From Oscillospiraceae bacterium (GTDB taxonomy: Bacteria > Bacillota > Clostridia > Oscillospirales > Acutalibacteraceae): a stretch of DNA of 43,297 bases. Positions within the stretch are counted from its first letter, which is position 1, and the number at the start of each line of letters is the position of its first letter. Where the stretch lies: the NCBI GenBank assembly GCA_902782845.1, contig CACZOP010000164.1, positions 1 to 43,297 on the forward strand, written 5' to 3'. The notes under the pieces were generated by a model that worked only from the letters and a program-made list of their open reading frames with translations, was not told the DNA's origin and made no database searches. Both the position numbers and the translations under genes were made by a program. Shown one piece after another: positions 7,774 to 17,081 of the stretch.

Positions 7774-9624
7774 TTATTCCATTTTATCCCGCAGGTCCTT
7801 TGCGGTTTCCAAAAGCCGGGTCAGGATCGCGTCGCGTTCGTTATCCGGCGCGTCAAGGCTCTGATGGTGCGCTTCCATCACGCAGTCGCCGAGATAACCG
7901 ATCTCGTTCAGCGTTTTTATGAACAATTCCCAATCGATAGTGCCGTCGCCTGGGATCAGGTGCCCGTCTCTGCTGCCGTCGTTATCCTGAATGTGCAATG
8001 ACATGGGCGTCACGGCGCATTTTTTCAGCACGTCGGACTCGTAACCGCAGCAATGGGCATGGCCCACGTCGAAGCACCAGCCGAACCAGTCGGAATCCAC
8101 AAGCTTTACGAGCTCGGCGACCATCTGCGGATCGGAGGATGCTCCCCACAGGATATTTTCGGAAAGCAGGACCACGCCGCATTTTTTTGCTTTCGGCAGC
8201 AGCTTTTTGATAGCTGCGGCGTTCACCTGCAAAAACCGCAGTTTGCTGTTGATTGTATTCCCGTTTTTCTCGCGCCAGATCGGATGCACCACAAGATACC
8301 GAGCGCCGAGGGCGGCGGCAGCCTCGATCGACCGCTCTGCCATGGCAAAATCATCCGCTTCGTTGGGCGCGTGCGCGTGCGTATAAGAGATTCCTGCGGC
8401 TTCGGCGTGCGCTTTGAGCTTCTTCGCCCAATCAAGATAATCGTCCGCAAGGAAAGGCGACCCCTCGAAGGTCCAGTAATCGAAGCCCATATCAACGGCG
8501 TCGTAACCGAGGGATGCGAGCCGCTCTACAGCCGCTTCGGCAGGATAACCCTCCTCGAACACGTCGGTGGTGGTCACGATACGGGGCTTCATGCGGATGA
8601 CCTGCGAGCCTTCAAACGAGAAATACTGCTTCTGAACGTCAAGCGTATCCACCCACGCGCGGGTCTCAAAGGTTTTCAGATTGCCGTTGGAGTTCTCATA
8701 CACCCACGTGGGCGTCGGCCAGAGACAAACCGCCGGAGAAACCGCCTCGTAGAAATTCTGCCCCACGCCGTCCTGCCCGTGGTGCGCCATTTTGCAATAA
8801 TCACAGTGAAGAACACCGCTGTCGCCGTATTTTTCCACCACGTAGTTTCCGGCGTTTTCACCAGCGTCGCCGTTGAACATCACGCTGGTGCCGCCGAGAT
8901 CCATACGCATGATGGTGGAACCCTCGTTGCAGTTTCTCCACGCGGGATTAAAGGTGTAGAACACAGTGAATTTCGCGGCGCCGATATTGAACACGTCGCC
9001 CTCGGTCAGGCTCGCGGCCTTATCTGCGAATTTCGGCGTTAAACGGCAATAATCTGTAATCACCTTAAACGCCCATTCGTCGTATCCGTCGTAGAAAGAA
9101 GCCTCTGGGAAATTGGCGTAGACTTTATCGAAGCTGACTTCGCACCCATGGTTTTCAACAACCTCCAGAAACACTTCGCAGTGGTCGTCGTGGGCGTGTG
9201 AAAGAAACCAGGCGTCGATATGCGGCTTTCTCTGTCCGGTCGCCGCTTTCAGATATTCGATAAAGTATTCCGTCTCGGTACGATGGCCGCCGTCCACCAC
9301 GATCACCTTACCGTCCTCGGTGGTGATGATAAAGCTGTCGCCGATGGTGTCGGTCACCGATTTCAGCATATGGATCGCATTCTGATTCATCGTGTTCGGT
9401 ATTTTCTCCTTTTTTATATTGACCATAGAGATCAACCGGTCCCACAGCGCCTTGAAACGCCCGAAAAACTGTTTGATCTGTTCAATCATATTTTGGAACG
9501 GCGCTTTCAGGTTGTCGGTCACTGCGGCGTCGGCCTGAACGCTTCCGGCCGCGATCACAGGCGCCGCGGCGGTAAACAGAAACGCAAAAATCAAAAGGAG
9601 GCTGAGGATTCTTTTCTTTTTCAT
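7774..9624 (-). CDS. Secreted fusion protein: signal peptide + metallo-beta-lactamase-fold domain + xylose-isomerase-like (sugar phosphate isomerase/epimerase, AP-endonuclease-2) TIM barrel
   Basis: Start taken at MKKKRILSLLLIFAFLFTAAAPVIAAGS (ATG 9624, RBS GAGG). The ORF-track start at 9672 is rejected. HAHDDH (HxHxDH) MBL motif. The C-terminal half has a TIM-barrel isomerase-like pattern (YTHAHAP, VVHP, LSENI, FDVGHAH, HIQDN). Confidence 0.8.
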   Translation of the reverse strand: MKKKRILSLLLIFAFLFTAAAPVIAAGSVQADAAVTDNLKAPFQNMIEQIKQFFGRFKALWDRLISMVNIKKEKIPNTMNQNAIHMLKSVTDTIGDSFIITTEDGKVIVVDGGHRTETEYFIEYLKAATGQRKPHIDAWFLSHAHDDHCEVFLEVVENHGCEVSFDKVYANFPEASFYDGYDEWAFKVITDYCRLTPKFADKAASLTEGDVFNIGAAKFTVFYTFNPAWRNCNEGSTIMRMDLGGTSVMFNGDAGENAGNYVVEKYGDSGVLHCDYCKMAHHGQDGVGQNFYEAVSPAVCLWPTPTWVYENSNGNLKTFETRAWVDTLDVQKQYFSFEGSQVIRMKPRIVTTTDVFEEGYPAEAAVERLASLGYDAVDMGFDYWTFEGSPFLADDYLDWAKKLKAHAEAAGISYTHAHAPNEADDFAMAERSIEAAAALGARYLVVHPIWREKNGNTINSKLRFLQVNAAAIKKLLPKAKKCGVVLLSENILWGASSDPQMVAELVKLVDSDWFGWCFDVGHAHCCGYESDVLKKCAVTPMSLHIQDNDGSRDGHLIPGDGTIDWELFIKTLNEIGYLGDCVMEAHHQSLDAPDNERDAILTRLLETAKDLRDKME

Positions 9625-9668
9625 AGTTAAAACCTCATTGTCGTTATTATCATGCCGTGGTTTCGCAA

Positions 9669-10460
9669 TCAATTCGCTTCTTCGCTTGTTTGGGCATTTT
9701 CTTCCGCCGGAGCGACACCGAGATACTCTTCGAGCGTGATCCCCTGCTCCGCGATCTCTTTCGCGGCTTCAACGCCCACGTAACGGAAGTGCCAGGGCTC
9801 GTAATCATAGCCCGTGATCTCCTTACCGCCCTCCGGGAAACGAAGGATAAAGCCGTGGTCCGCCAGCTTTTCGTGGATCTTTGCAAAGATCTCCTTTTCC
9901 GCCTTCATTTTTTCGTTTTCGTTGATCACCTCGCCGTCCTTGATAATGCAAACGTCGATGGCAAGGCCGGTATGGTGCTCGGAGGTGCCGGGAACAGCCA
10001 CGGTGTTCTGCGTATACTCTAACCCGTATTCTTCCTCAAACTCACTCCAGAGCTCCTCCTGACGGGCAACGGAACGGTAGGTGCTGTCAAGCAGGATGAT
10101 AATGCCTTCGTTTTCAAGATCGGCCTGCAGCGCGCGGAACGCTTCCAGCGCTTTTGTTTCCACTTTGAATACGTCGGTGGCGAGATACCCGTTATTTTCG
10201 TTCAGCTCCACGTCCGCCGGAATGGTGTTTTGCGCGTCCTCCAGCACTACGGTCGATTCCCAATCCTCCGGCAGCTTGTTCTGTTTGTTCACAAGCACCA
10301 GATAGTCGACGGCGTTTTCGCCGTCTGCGCCGACGTCGGCGGCTGTTGCTTCCTCAGGCGCGACGGTTTCGTCGGTTACGGCTTTTTCTTTTGCGCATCC
10401 GAAAAGAGAGAGCGCAAGGACCGCAGATAAAAACAACGCGACCATTCGTTTCTTATCCAT
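9669..10460 (-). CDS. VanY / M15B-family D-alanyl-D-alanine carboxypeptidase-like lipoprotein
   Basis: Lipobox LSLFGC at the N-terminus (start ATG 10460, RBS AGGAG). Zinc motifs SEHHTGLAIDV and EPWHFRYVG, plus YRSVARQEELW. Confidence 0.88.
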   Translation of the reverse strand: MDKKRMVALFLSAVLALSLFGCAKEKAVTDETVAPEEATAADVGADGENAVDYLVLVNKQNKLPEDWESTVVLEDAQNTIPADVELNENNGYLATDVFKVETKALEAFRALQADLENEGIIILLDSTYRSVARQEELWSEFEEEYGLEYTQNTVAVPGTSEHHTGLAIDVCIIKDGEVINENEKMKAEKEIFAKIHEKLADHGFILRFPEGGKEITGYDYEPWHFRYVGVEAAKEIAEQGITLEEYLGVAPAEENAQTSEEAN

Positions 10461-10537
10461 GATAATCACTCCTATCGTTCTTCGATCGGACCCGTTAAAG
10501 ATCCGAGCGTAAAATGACAATTTCTTTTCCTGCAAGG

Positions 10538-11371
10538 TTACAGCACCGTCAATTCGCGTGCGATCCCCTCATACCCGCTGCCGGTAACGAACTGCGGCAG
10601 GGTCTTAGTAATATTGCTTTCAAAACTGAAATGCAGATGCCCGGTCAGGATCCCCTTGATCAGCGGTTCGCTTTTGATATAATCCATCATACGCAGCGTC
10701 GGCGCGTCGGGACGCTGCTGCACGGCGCGGAACTCACTGTAAGGCAGCAGATGCGTTTCATCGCAGCCTACGATATAGGTACAGTCCGCGCCCGGGAACG
10801 ACATATGATACCGATACAGCGATTCTTCAAACAGAGGATCGTGGAACGCGAGAATGATCGGCAGGCCTTTTTCCGCTTCTTTTTTCAGCCGCCAGATCTG
10901 CCAGTCGGCAAAACGGTAGTAGCTGTTGTCGATCCCCACGATGTTGAGTCCGCCAACGACCCGGGAATTGAAAAACATGGGAACGCCGAGGCCGTAGCCC
11001 ATCTGCATATAGCTGTTCATGCGGTAGGCGTCGTCCTCCCAGGCCTCCCCCACGTATTGGGAATAATCGTGGTTGCCGGCAATAAAGAAAATGTGTTCGT
11101 CCGCCACGATCTCCCGCGCCTTTTCCACATTGGCGTGCGAAACGAAATCCATCAGATCGCCGGTGTGCACCAGCAGATCGCAGCGCTCCTTCGCATAAGC
11201 GATATGTTCATAAAGATACCGTTCTATTTCCGGAGTGGATAACCTTCTGGCAAGCGCGTGCTTGCGCTCGTCGTCCCTGTCGTCAACAAGCCCGAGATGC
11301 GTATCTGTCACGTGCAGGAGCTTCACAGGTTTTTCGAGCCCCGCGTGTATCGTTGATTTTATCAGTTGCAT
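10538..11371 (-). CDS. Calcineurin-like metallophosphoesterase (MPE-1), no signal peptide
   Basis: Motifs LHVTDTHLG, HTGDLMDF, AGNHDY and GHLH. Confidence 0.88.
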   Translation of the reverse strand: MQLIKSTIHAGLEKPVKLLHVTDTHLGLVDDRDDERKHALARRLSTPEIERYLYEHIAYAKERCDLLVHTGDLMDFVSHANVEKAREIVADEHIFFIAGNHDYSQYVGEAWEDDAYRMNSYMQMGYGLGVPMFFNSRVVGGLNIVGIDNSYYRFADWQIWRLKKEAEKGLPIILAFHDPLFEESLYRYHMSFPGADCTYIVGCDETHLLPYSEFRAVQQRPDAPTLRMMDYIKSEPLIKGILTGHLHFSFESNITKTLPQFVTGSGYEGIARELTVL

Positions 11372-11385
11372 GGTGCATTCCCCTT

Positions 11386-12291
11386 TTATTCAAAATCCCG
11401 TTCTGAAAAATCGCCTTCTTTTACGGCAAGGCCGACGTATTCCGCGCCGCCGTTGCGTCCGTTGTACCACACGCGCCACAGATCGTGTTTTTCGTCGTAC
11501 AGCGCGGAGGGCTTATAGCAGGAATCGGCGTCCCACGCGCCCGGCGTCGGAATCACCAGAGGATTCTGCCTGCAGCGACGGAACTGCGTAACGCCGTTTT
11601 TTGAATATGCGCAACAGATACATGCCGTATCAATATCGTGATAACCGATATAAAACAGCAGATATCCGAGCGTTTTATGCGGGATCATCTGGCAGCCGCC
11701 GATCCGGTCCTGCTCGAAAGCATTCTGCGGGGCGTTCACAAAAATCGGATTGATCGGCGACTTGCGCCAATGCGCCCCATCGGCGCTTTCGGCATAGGCA
11801 AGCACGTTCGGCTCGTAGGTTTCGCCCGCGCTGTACCACATACGAAAAACGCCGTTTTCATAAAGCACGCTGGGGTTCATCACCGAAGCGCCCTCCCAGG
11901 GGCGTTCGGGATATAAAACAGGCTCCTTTCCCACGCGGCGGAAGCTAATCCCGTCCGCGCTCTCAGCCAGGCCGATAAAGCTGTGCCCGCGCGCCTGCCC
12001 GGTATACCACATTTTATAGGTATCTCCGATTTTCAGCACACAGTTGCGGTTGATCATATCCTCCCATCCTGAGGCAGGATCGGGCGCCAAGGTAGACTGC
12101 GGCGGCGTCCAATGCTCGCCGTCTGCCGAAAAAGCGACGGCAACCGTGTGATTCTTCCGCCACGAAAAATCCATCCGGAATGTGCCGTCCGCCTGCCGCG
12201 CAACAGTAACGTCAAACAGCGTGCCGGTTGCGGAACCGCCGTAGATGGGGTTGTCGGGATGCTTTCTGAACAAAAAAGTCGCCTCTTTCAT
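11386..12291 (-). CDS. Five-bladed beta-propeller glycosidase-like protein (GH43/GH130-clan-like), cytoplasmic
   Basis: 301-aa ORF with repeated blade-like segments (YKMWYTGQ, FRMWYSAGE, WRVWYNGRN). Family is not resolved by eye. Confidence 0.6.
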   Translation of the reverse strand: MKEATFLFRKHPDNPIYGGSATGTLFDVTVARQADGTFRMDFSWRKNHTVAVAFSADGEHWTPPQSTLAPDPASGWEDMINRNCVLKIGDTYKMWYTGQARGHSFIGLAESADGISFRRVGKEPVLYPERPWEGASVMNPSVLYENGVFRMWYSAGETYEPNVLAYAESADGAHWRKSPINPIFVNAPQNAFEQDRIGGCQMIPHKTLGYLLFYIGYHDIDTACICCAYSKNGVTQFRRCRQNPLVIPTPGAWDADSCYKPSALYDEKHDLWRVWYNGRNGGAEYVGLAVKEGDFSERDFE

Positions 12292-12296
12292 GTATT

Positions 12297-13595
12297 TTAT
12301 TCCGATATGCCGCAGGCTGGCGCAAGATCAAGCGCATATATTGCACATGCGGCGTTTTCATCTGCGCCCGTGATCTCCAACCGCAGCGGGAATGCGCCGT
12401 CCTCGGCGAAAAACAAAAGCGATTGCGCGCGCACGGTTTCGCTTTTTCGCAGCGTTTCTTCCGCAGCCGCGGAATTATCCATAAAAACCCGCACGCGCGT
12501 GTCTTCCGCAGCCGTATAGCGAAGCGCGAGCGTATACGCGCCTTTGCGAAACAGAATCGGGCTGAAGGAAAACCCGCTGCCGACGGTCAGCCCCACACAG
12601 GGGAAGCATCCGTCCGCCGTCTCGGTCACGTAGGCGTCGCCGAAAAACCGGCAGGCGTTCACCGGGGACGTGATATGCGCCGGCAAAAGTGTCCGGACAA
12701 ATCCGTTCGTCGTGGGCATGGCCTGAAGGATCACACCGGTTTCTTCGTCCACTGTTAACCGTTCCGCCCGCGCGCGGCGGGAAAACGCCGTATGATTCGA
12801 GGACGCGTGATAAAAGACGAACCATTCGTCGCCCGCTTTCACCACGGAGCCGTGATTGTTCCAGGACGCCGGATCACAGCCCTCGTTGTCAATCACCGTG
12901 CCGCGCCTTTCATAAGGGCCGTAGGGAGAATCGGCGAGCGCATAATCCAGTTTTGTCGGCCGCGCGCCGCTGTTCGGACGGTCTTCTTTATATTCCGACG
13001 CATAGACGACGCAATAGCGGTTTCCGAGTTTTCTTAACGATGACCCCTCGTGAAATCCTTCCCGTCCCGGGGCGTTTGAAAGCACGTCCGTGTGAACGGT
13101 TTCCGGCTTCAGCGTACAGAGATCGTCGTTCAGCTCCCCCACGTTCAGGTGAAACTGCCCCCAGGTATAGTATACCCGCCCCGCATCCGCAAGCACGGAG
13201 GGATCGATCCCGGCGATCGGTTTTCCGTTCAGCGTGATCTGCCGGGCGTTTTTAAATGGTCCTGCCGGATCGCCGCTCTCGGCAACGCCTTCGGTCCCGT
13301 CCGACAAACAAAAGAACAGATAATACCTGCCGTTGCGGCAGAGGGCGTCCGGCGCGTAAAGATCGGCGTCTGACCACGGCACGTCCTCCACGGAAAAGCT
13401 GACGCCGTGATCCGTCCAGTCCGTAAGGTCCGAAAGAGGCGCGGAAACGGCGTGATAACAGCCGGAGCAATAGCCTTTCCCGAACAGATCATAGGATCCG
13501 TAAAGATACAGCCGGTCGCCGAACACCTTCGGTTCGCCGTCGGGAACGTAGGTTCCGAACGGCAGAAAGGGATTTAAGCCCGGCGTCTGCTTCAT
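12297..13595 (-). CDS. Glycoside hydrolase family 43-like protein with a C-terminal beta-sandwich domain
   Basis: Start at MKQTPGLNPFLPFGTYVPDGEP (ATG 13595), overlapping the upstream stop as ATGA. GH43-like blades (LYAPDA, YYLFF, FHEGSS, WFVFYH). The N-terminal 26 aa of the ORF-track call are rejected. Confidence 0.8.
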   Translation of the reverse strand: MKQTPGLNPFLPFGTYVPDGEPKVFGDRLYLYGSYDLFGKGYCSGCYHAVSAPLSDLTDWTDHGVSFSVEDVPWSDADLYAPDALCRNGRYYLFFCLSDGTEGVAESGDPAGPFKNARQITLNGKPIAGIDPSVLADAGRVYYTWGQFHLNVGELNDDLCTLKPETVHTDVLSNAPGREGFHEGSSLRKLGNRYCVVYASEYKEDRPNSGARPTKLDYALADSPYGPYERRGTVIDNEGCDPASWNNHGSVVKAGDEWFVFYHASSNHTAFSRRARAERLTVDEETGVILQAMPTTNGFVRTLLPAHITSPVNACRFFGDAYVTETADGCFPCVGLTVGSGFSFSPILFRKGAYTLALRYTAAEDTRVRVFMDNSAAAEETLRKSETVRAQSLLFFAEDGAFPLRLEITGADENAACAIYALDLAPACGISE

Positions 13596-14572
13596 TGCGC
13601 CGCCACCGGGTTTTTCAGCTGATAGGTCACTTCCATCAGCGGCTCGTCGTCTTCCCAGTCGTCGGTTTTCCACACGCCGCGGAAAAAGTCTCTGGCGCGG
13701 ATCACAACTTCATTCGCATACACTTCCACTTCAACGCCGACGCCAGTATCGTCGAGCACTTCATGGTCGTCTTCGCCGCCGAGAGTGGTAATGCGCGGCA
13801 GGTAGGTCTCAGGGAATCCGTCGCTATTGTGGAAGGACCAGAAAAGATGCATGGGCATATGGGTATGTCCGACAAAAGCGAACAGATCGTGCTCCTGATT
13901 GAACGCGGCAAGCATGTCGATCAGGCGGCTTGTCTCTTCGCCGCTTTCATCAACGGCATAATCGGTGGGATGATGCGAAAAAACAAAGGTGGGCATGCCG
14001 CTTTCGGCAGCTTTATCCAAAACGCCCGCAAGCCATGTAAACTGTTCTTCCGTCATCATCATATCGTGGACGTCATGCCCCTCCATGCCAAGAACAATAA
14101 AATAGCAGCCTTCGACTACTTCGTAATAATAGGGGTGCTTCAGATCCTTCCCGAAGAACGCGCGGGTGTAATCAAACCAGCGGTTCTGCAGCTGTTCGTA
14201 ATTCCCCTCGCCGTTTCCGATATCGTGGTTGCCCATCACGGGGAGCACGTTCTCGCCCTTGAGCACCGTACCGACCGTTCCGTGGAAAAGCATATTTTCA
14301 ATATGCTGGCAGTTCATGGTGTTGTCGCCGAGGAAAACCACGGCGTCGTTGCCGCTCTTGTTTTTCTTAACGTTCTGGCAGGACTTGGCAAACACCTTAT
14401 AGCGCATGGGGTTGTTTCCTTCAACGTGCGTGTCCGAGATTACCGAAAAATTCATCACACAGGCGTCGGGATCCTTCACGTCGTAGTCCTCGCCCGCCGG
14501 CAGACCGACGGTGATCAGCATGACCAGGGCTACGATGGTGGAGAACACTCTTAAAAACACAGATTTAATCAT
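13592..14572 (-). CDS. Calcineurin-like metallophosphoesterase (MPE-2) with N-terminal signal/anchor
   Basis: Hydrophobic N-terminus FSTIVALVMLITVGLPAG. Motifs VISDTHVEGN, FLGDNTMN, MGNHDIGNG and VGHTHMP. RBS GTGAGGAA. Confidence 0.88.
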   Translation of the reverse strand: MIKSVFLRVFSTIVALVMLITVGLPAGEDYDVKDPDACVMNFSVISDTHVEGNNPMRYKVFAKSCQNVKKNKSGNDAVVFLGDNTMNCQHIENMLFHGTVGTVLKGENVLPVMGNHDIGNGEGNYEQLQNRWFDYTRAFFGKDLKHPYYYEVVEGCYFIVLGMEGHDVHDMMMTEEQFTWLAGVLDKAAESGMPTFVFSHHPTDYAVDESGEETSRLIDMLAAFNQEHDLFAFVGHTHMPMHLFWSFHNSDGFPETYLPRITTLGGEDDHEVLDDTGVGVEVEVYANEVVIRARDFFRGVWKTDDWEDDEPLMEVTYQLKNPVAAQ

Positions 14573-14604
14573 TGTTCATTCCTCACTTTTTATAATAATT
14601 TTAA

Positions 14605-15705
14605 TTATTTGCAGAACACGTCGCGCACCGCTTCCAGATAACCGTAGCCGTACACGTCGTCCGGCTCCAGATAGCTCATTTCCGTCCACTCGTTCCAGGA
14701 ATTGACGGTGACCAGCGGCACGTCGTTATAGCGGTCGGCGTAGTCTTTTGCCATTTCAAGCCCTTTTTTGAAGTTTTCGGGCGTGTTGTTCTTCATGATC
14801 GGCAGCGTCAGGAACAGATGCCGGGGATTATTGTCCCAGCCGACGGTCACGTGGGGGTAATACGGGACCTTGTATTCGCTGCGGATGCGATCCCATTCCT
14901 TCTGCACGTCCGGCAGGATCTCGAGATAATCCCGGTTGCAGTCCGTGAAATGCACGAACTGATAATGCGTGACGGAATCGAAGCCCAGCAATTCCACCAG
15001 ATCTTTCGTGGAGCCTTCTCTCGCGGAATCCACCCCGCTCACGTTCACGGCGTTTTCAGAATAAATCGTCGCCTGCAGATGCAGATCCGGGAACCCGGCT
15101 TCCTTGGTAAGCCGCCTGAAGGAATCCAACGCCTCCCGCGTTTTTTCAATATTACCGAGTCCCCTTACAAGATTCGACATCTCGTAGATCATAAACACGG
15201 GGCATCCGTTGATCTTATAATAATTCGGCCGTTTGAAATAGAGGTCGATCACCCGGCGGCAGATCCGGTCGAATTCCGCCCGGGGCTGCGAACCGTACCA
15301 GATGATCTCGTCCAGGCCCGACTGCCGTTTATCCCAGGTGTAGCCCGCGTCGTGGTTCGCCCACATAAGATAAAACTGCATGTCCTCGTTGTTCTTCGCG
15401 CCGAGGAAGCCTTCGTCGAGGCACTGCTCCAGGAACGGACGGCGGTCGTACCAGTACCAGTCGTAGATGAACACGTTCACCCCGTGGCGTTTCGCCTCTC
15501 TGATCTGGAATTCCATCACTTCCGGGTCCGCCTCATCCACCGTCCCCCACAGGGGCTTCCGGGGCAGGATCTGCCCTTGGACCCTCGATTCGGCGCTCAG
15601 CACCGACTGCCACTCGCCGATGCCCTGCTCCCAGAACTGACGGGTCCGGGGCTCTTTGCCGGTGTAAGACGGCCAGATATAGGCCGCCACGTCGTATCGT
15701 TTCAT
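14605..15705 (-). CDS. GH99-like / WbsX-family (PF14307-like) glycosyl hydrolase-transferase fold protein
   Basis: The pattern AAYIWPSY...FWEQGIGEWQSV...LPRKPLWG..DEADPEVMEFQIREAKRHGVNVFIYDWYWYD matches the WbsX/GH99-like N-terminal signature as I recall it. Confidence 0.65.
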   Translation of the reverse strand: MKRYDVAAYIWPSYTGKEPRTRQFWEQGIGEWQSVLSAESRVQGQILPRKPLWGTVDEADPEVMEFQIREAKRHGVNVFIYDWYWYDRRPFLEQCLDEGFLGAKNNEDMQFYLMWANHDAGYTWDKRQSGLDEIIWYGSQPRAEFDRICRRVIDLYFKRPNYYKINGCPVFMIYEMSNLVRGLGNIEKTREALDSFRRLTKEAGFPDLHLQATIYSENAVNVSGVDSAREGSTKDLVELLGFDSVTHYQFVHFTDCNRDYLEILPDVQKEWDRIRSEYKVPYYPHVTVGWDNNPRHLFLTLPIMKNNTPENFKKGLEMAKDYADRYNDVPLVTVNSWNEWTEMSYLEPDDVYGYGYLEAVRDVFCK

Positions 15706-15723
15706 TCCGCTCTCCTTCCCGGA

Positions 15724-17055
15724 TCACTGCGCTGTAAAGGGCAGGCACCTGAGGTTCGAATATTTATGATAAGCGCTTTCGGCGCATACCATCAGCGTAT
15801 ACTCCTTGCCGGATTCCAGCGTGTCGGTCCCGATCCTGAAATCGGCGGTATCGTCGTTGTCAAAAACGAAATAATCGTCCACGAAGTTATTTGTATAAAT
15901 GATCAGCCCCTTGTCGTTTTTGATCGTGACGCGGTATTCATGGACGATAAACCCACTGGCGGCTTTGGCTTCGTCGAAAGAGATCACCCACTCGCCGTTA
16001 TCATTTTTATAAGCGGCGGCTTTCGCGTCTTCCGGGAACACCGGTTTTGTATCGTGAGCCGCCAGGTTTCTCAGCGTATAGGCGTAATTCGCCTGATCGT
16101 TCACGTCTTCGATATAGTAATCGCAGATATAGGTGTCCGAAAGCAGGTCGTAGCCGCGGATGCGTACGCTGCCGTCGTTGTCGGCTTCAATGATCGTCAT
16201 CTGCGCCGCCGGATCGTAGCCATCGGGATGCTGGCCGGGGATATAATCCTTATCGGTCTCAAAGGTGGCCATGGCGCCGCAGCCGACCGAGGTGTAGGTG
16301 GTCTGGTTGATGCTGCGGGGGTCGTTCATCGGGAAATGGGAATGGCCCGAGAAATCCACCACGCAGTTATGGCCGTTGAGCACGATATTGAGCTGCGGGT
16401 CGCCCCAGTAGGTGGAGCCGTAAACCGTGCCCCAAGGATGCGGGTGATTGAACACGAACACCGCTTTGCCGTCGGCTTTTTTCTCCGCGTCCTTAATGGC
16501 GGTCGAGAGCCATTTGAGGCTGTCGGCGGTAAAGGTCCATTCCGTGGCGCCGCGCTCGCCGGAGAAAGCGATGCAGGAGAAGCCGTTGATCTCGGTCACG
16601 GTGTTTGGATCGTAGCCGAAATTGTTCAAAAAGAACTGCCTGTAATCGTCGTGCTTGAATTCGTGGTTGCCGTGAATGTTAATGCAGGGCGTTTCGGGAC
16701 GCACGTGCTCGTTCAGCGTTTTCACGTAGTTTACGTAATCGCCTTCAAAGCCGACGCTCGAAAAATCGCCGAGGCCGAAGAAGCCGTCGACGCCGGGATA
16801 AGAAGCGTCGTTGTCAAACAGCGCGTAGGCCGTGTCGATCGCATCCGCCACGTGGTGGTTCTGGTTATGCGTATCCGTAAACGCCACCAGCCGCACCGTC
16901 GGGGTGAAGTCCTCCGCCACAACGGGAAGCTCTTCGGTAATTTTGCCCGCCAGCCGCTGCGCGCCGCCGAAAGGCAGGATCACGCCGAGTACCGTCGTCA
17001 GGCCGAAGATAATGCCGATAAACCATTGGAACAACTCGTGAAAACTCATTTTCAT
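15724..17055 (-). CDS. Membrane-anchored calcineurin-like metallophosphoesterase (MPE-3) with C-terminal beta-sandwich domain; paralog of 37201-38589
   Basis: TM segment FQWFIGIIFGLTTVLGVILPF. Motifs FTDTHNQ, GLGDF, HGNHEF and FSGHSHFPMNDPRS. The ATG at 17049 has better SD spacing (GAGAGG + 8 nt) than the one at 17055. Confidence 0.88.
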   Translation of the reverse strand: MKMSFHELFQWFIGIIFGLTTVLGVILPFGGAQRLAGKITEELPVVAEDFTPTVRLVAFTDTHNQNHHVADAIDTAYALFDNDASYPGVDGFFGLGDFSSVGFEGDYVNYVKTLNEHVRPETPCINIHGNHEFKHDDYRQFFLNNFGYDPNTVTEINGFSCIAFSGERGATEWTFTADSLKWLSTAIKDAEKKADGKAVFVFNHPHPWGTVYGSTYWGDPQLNIVLNGHNCVVDFSGHSHFPMNDPRSINQTTYTSVGCGAMATFETDKDYIPGQHPDGYDPAAQMTIIEADNDGSVRIRGYDLLSDTYICDYYIEDVNDQANYAYTLRNLAAHDTKPVFPEDAKAAAYKNDNGEWVISFDEAKAASGFIVHEYRVTIKNDKGLIIYTNNFVDDYFVFDNDDTADFRIGTDTLESGKEYTLMVCAESAYHKYSNLRCLPFTAQ

Positions 17056-17081
17056 TTCCTCTCTTTATATGTAAATTTTCA

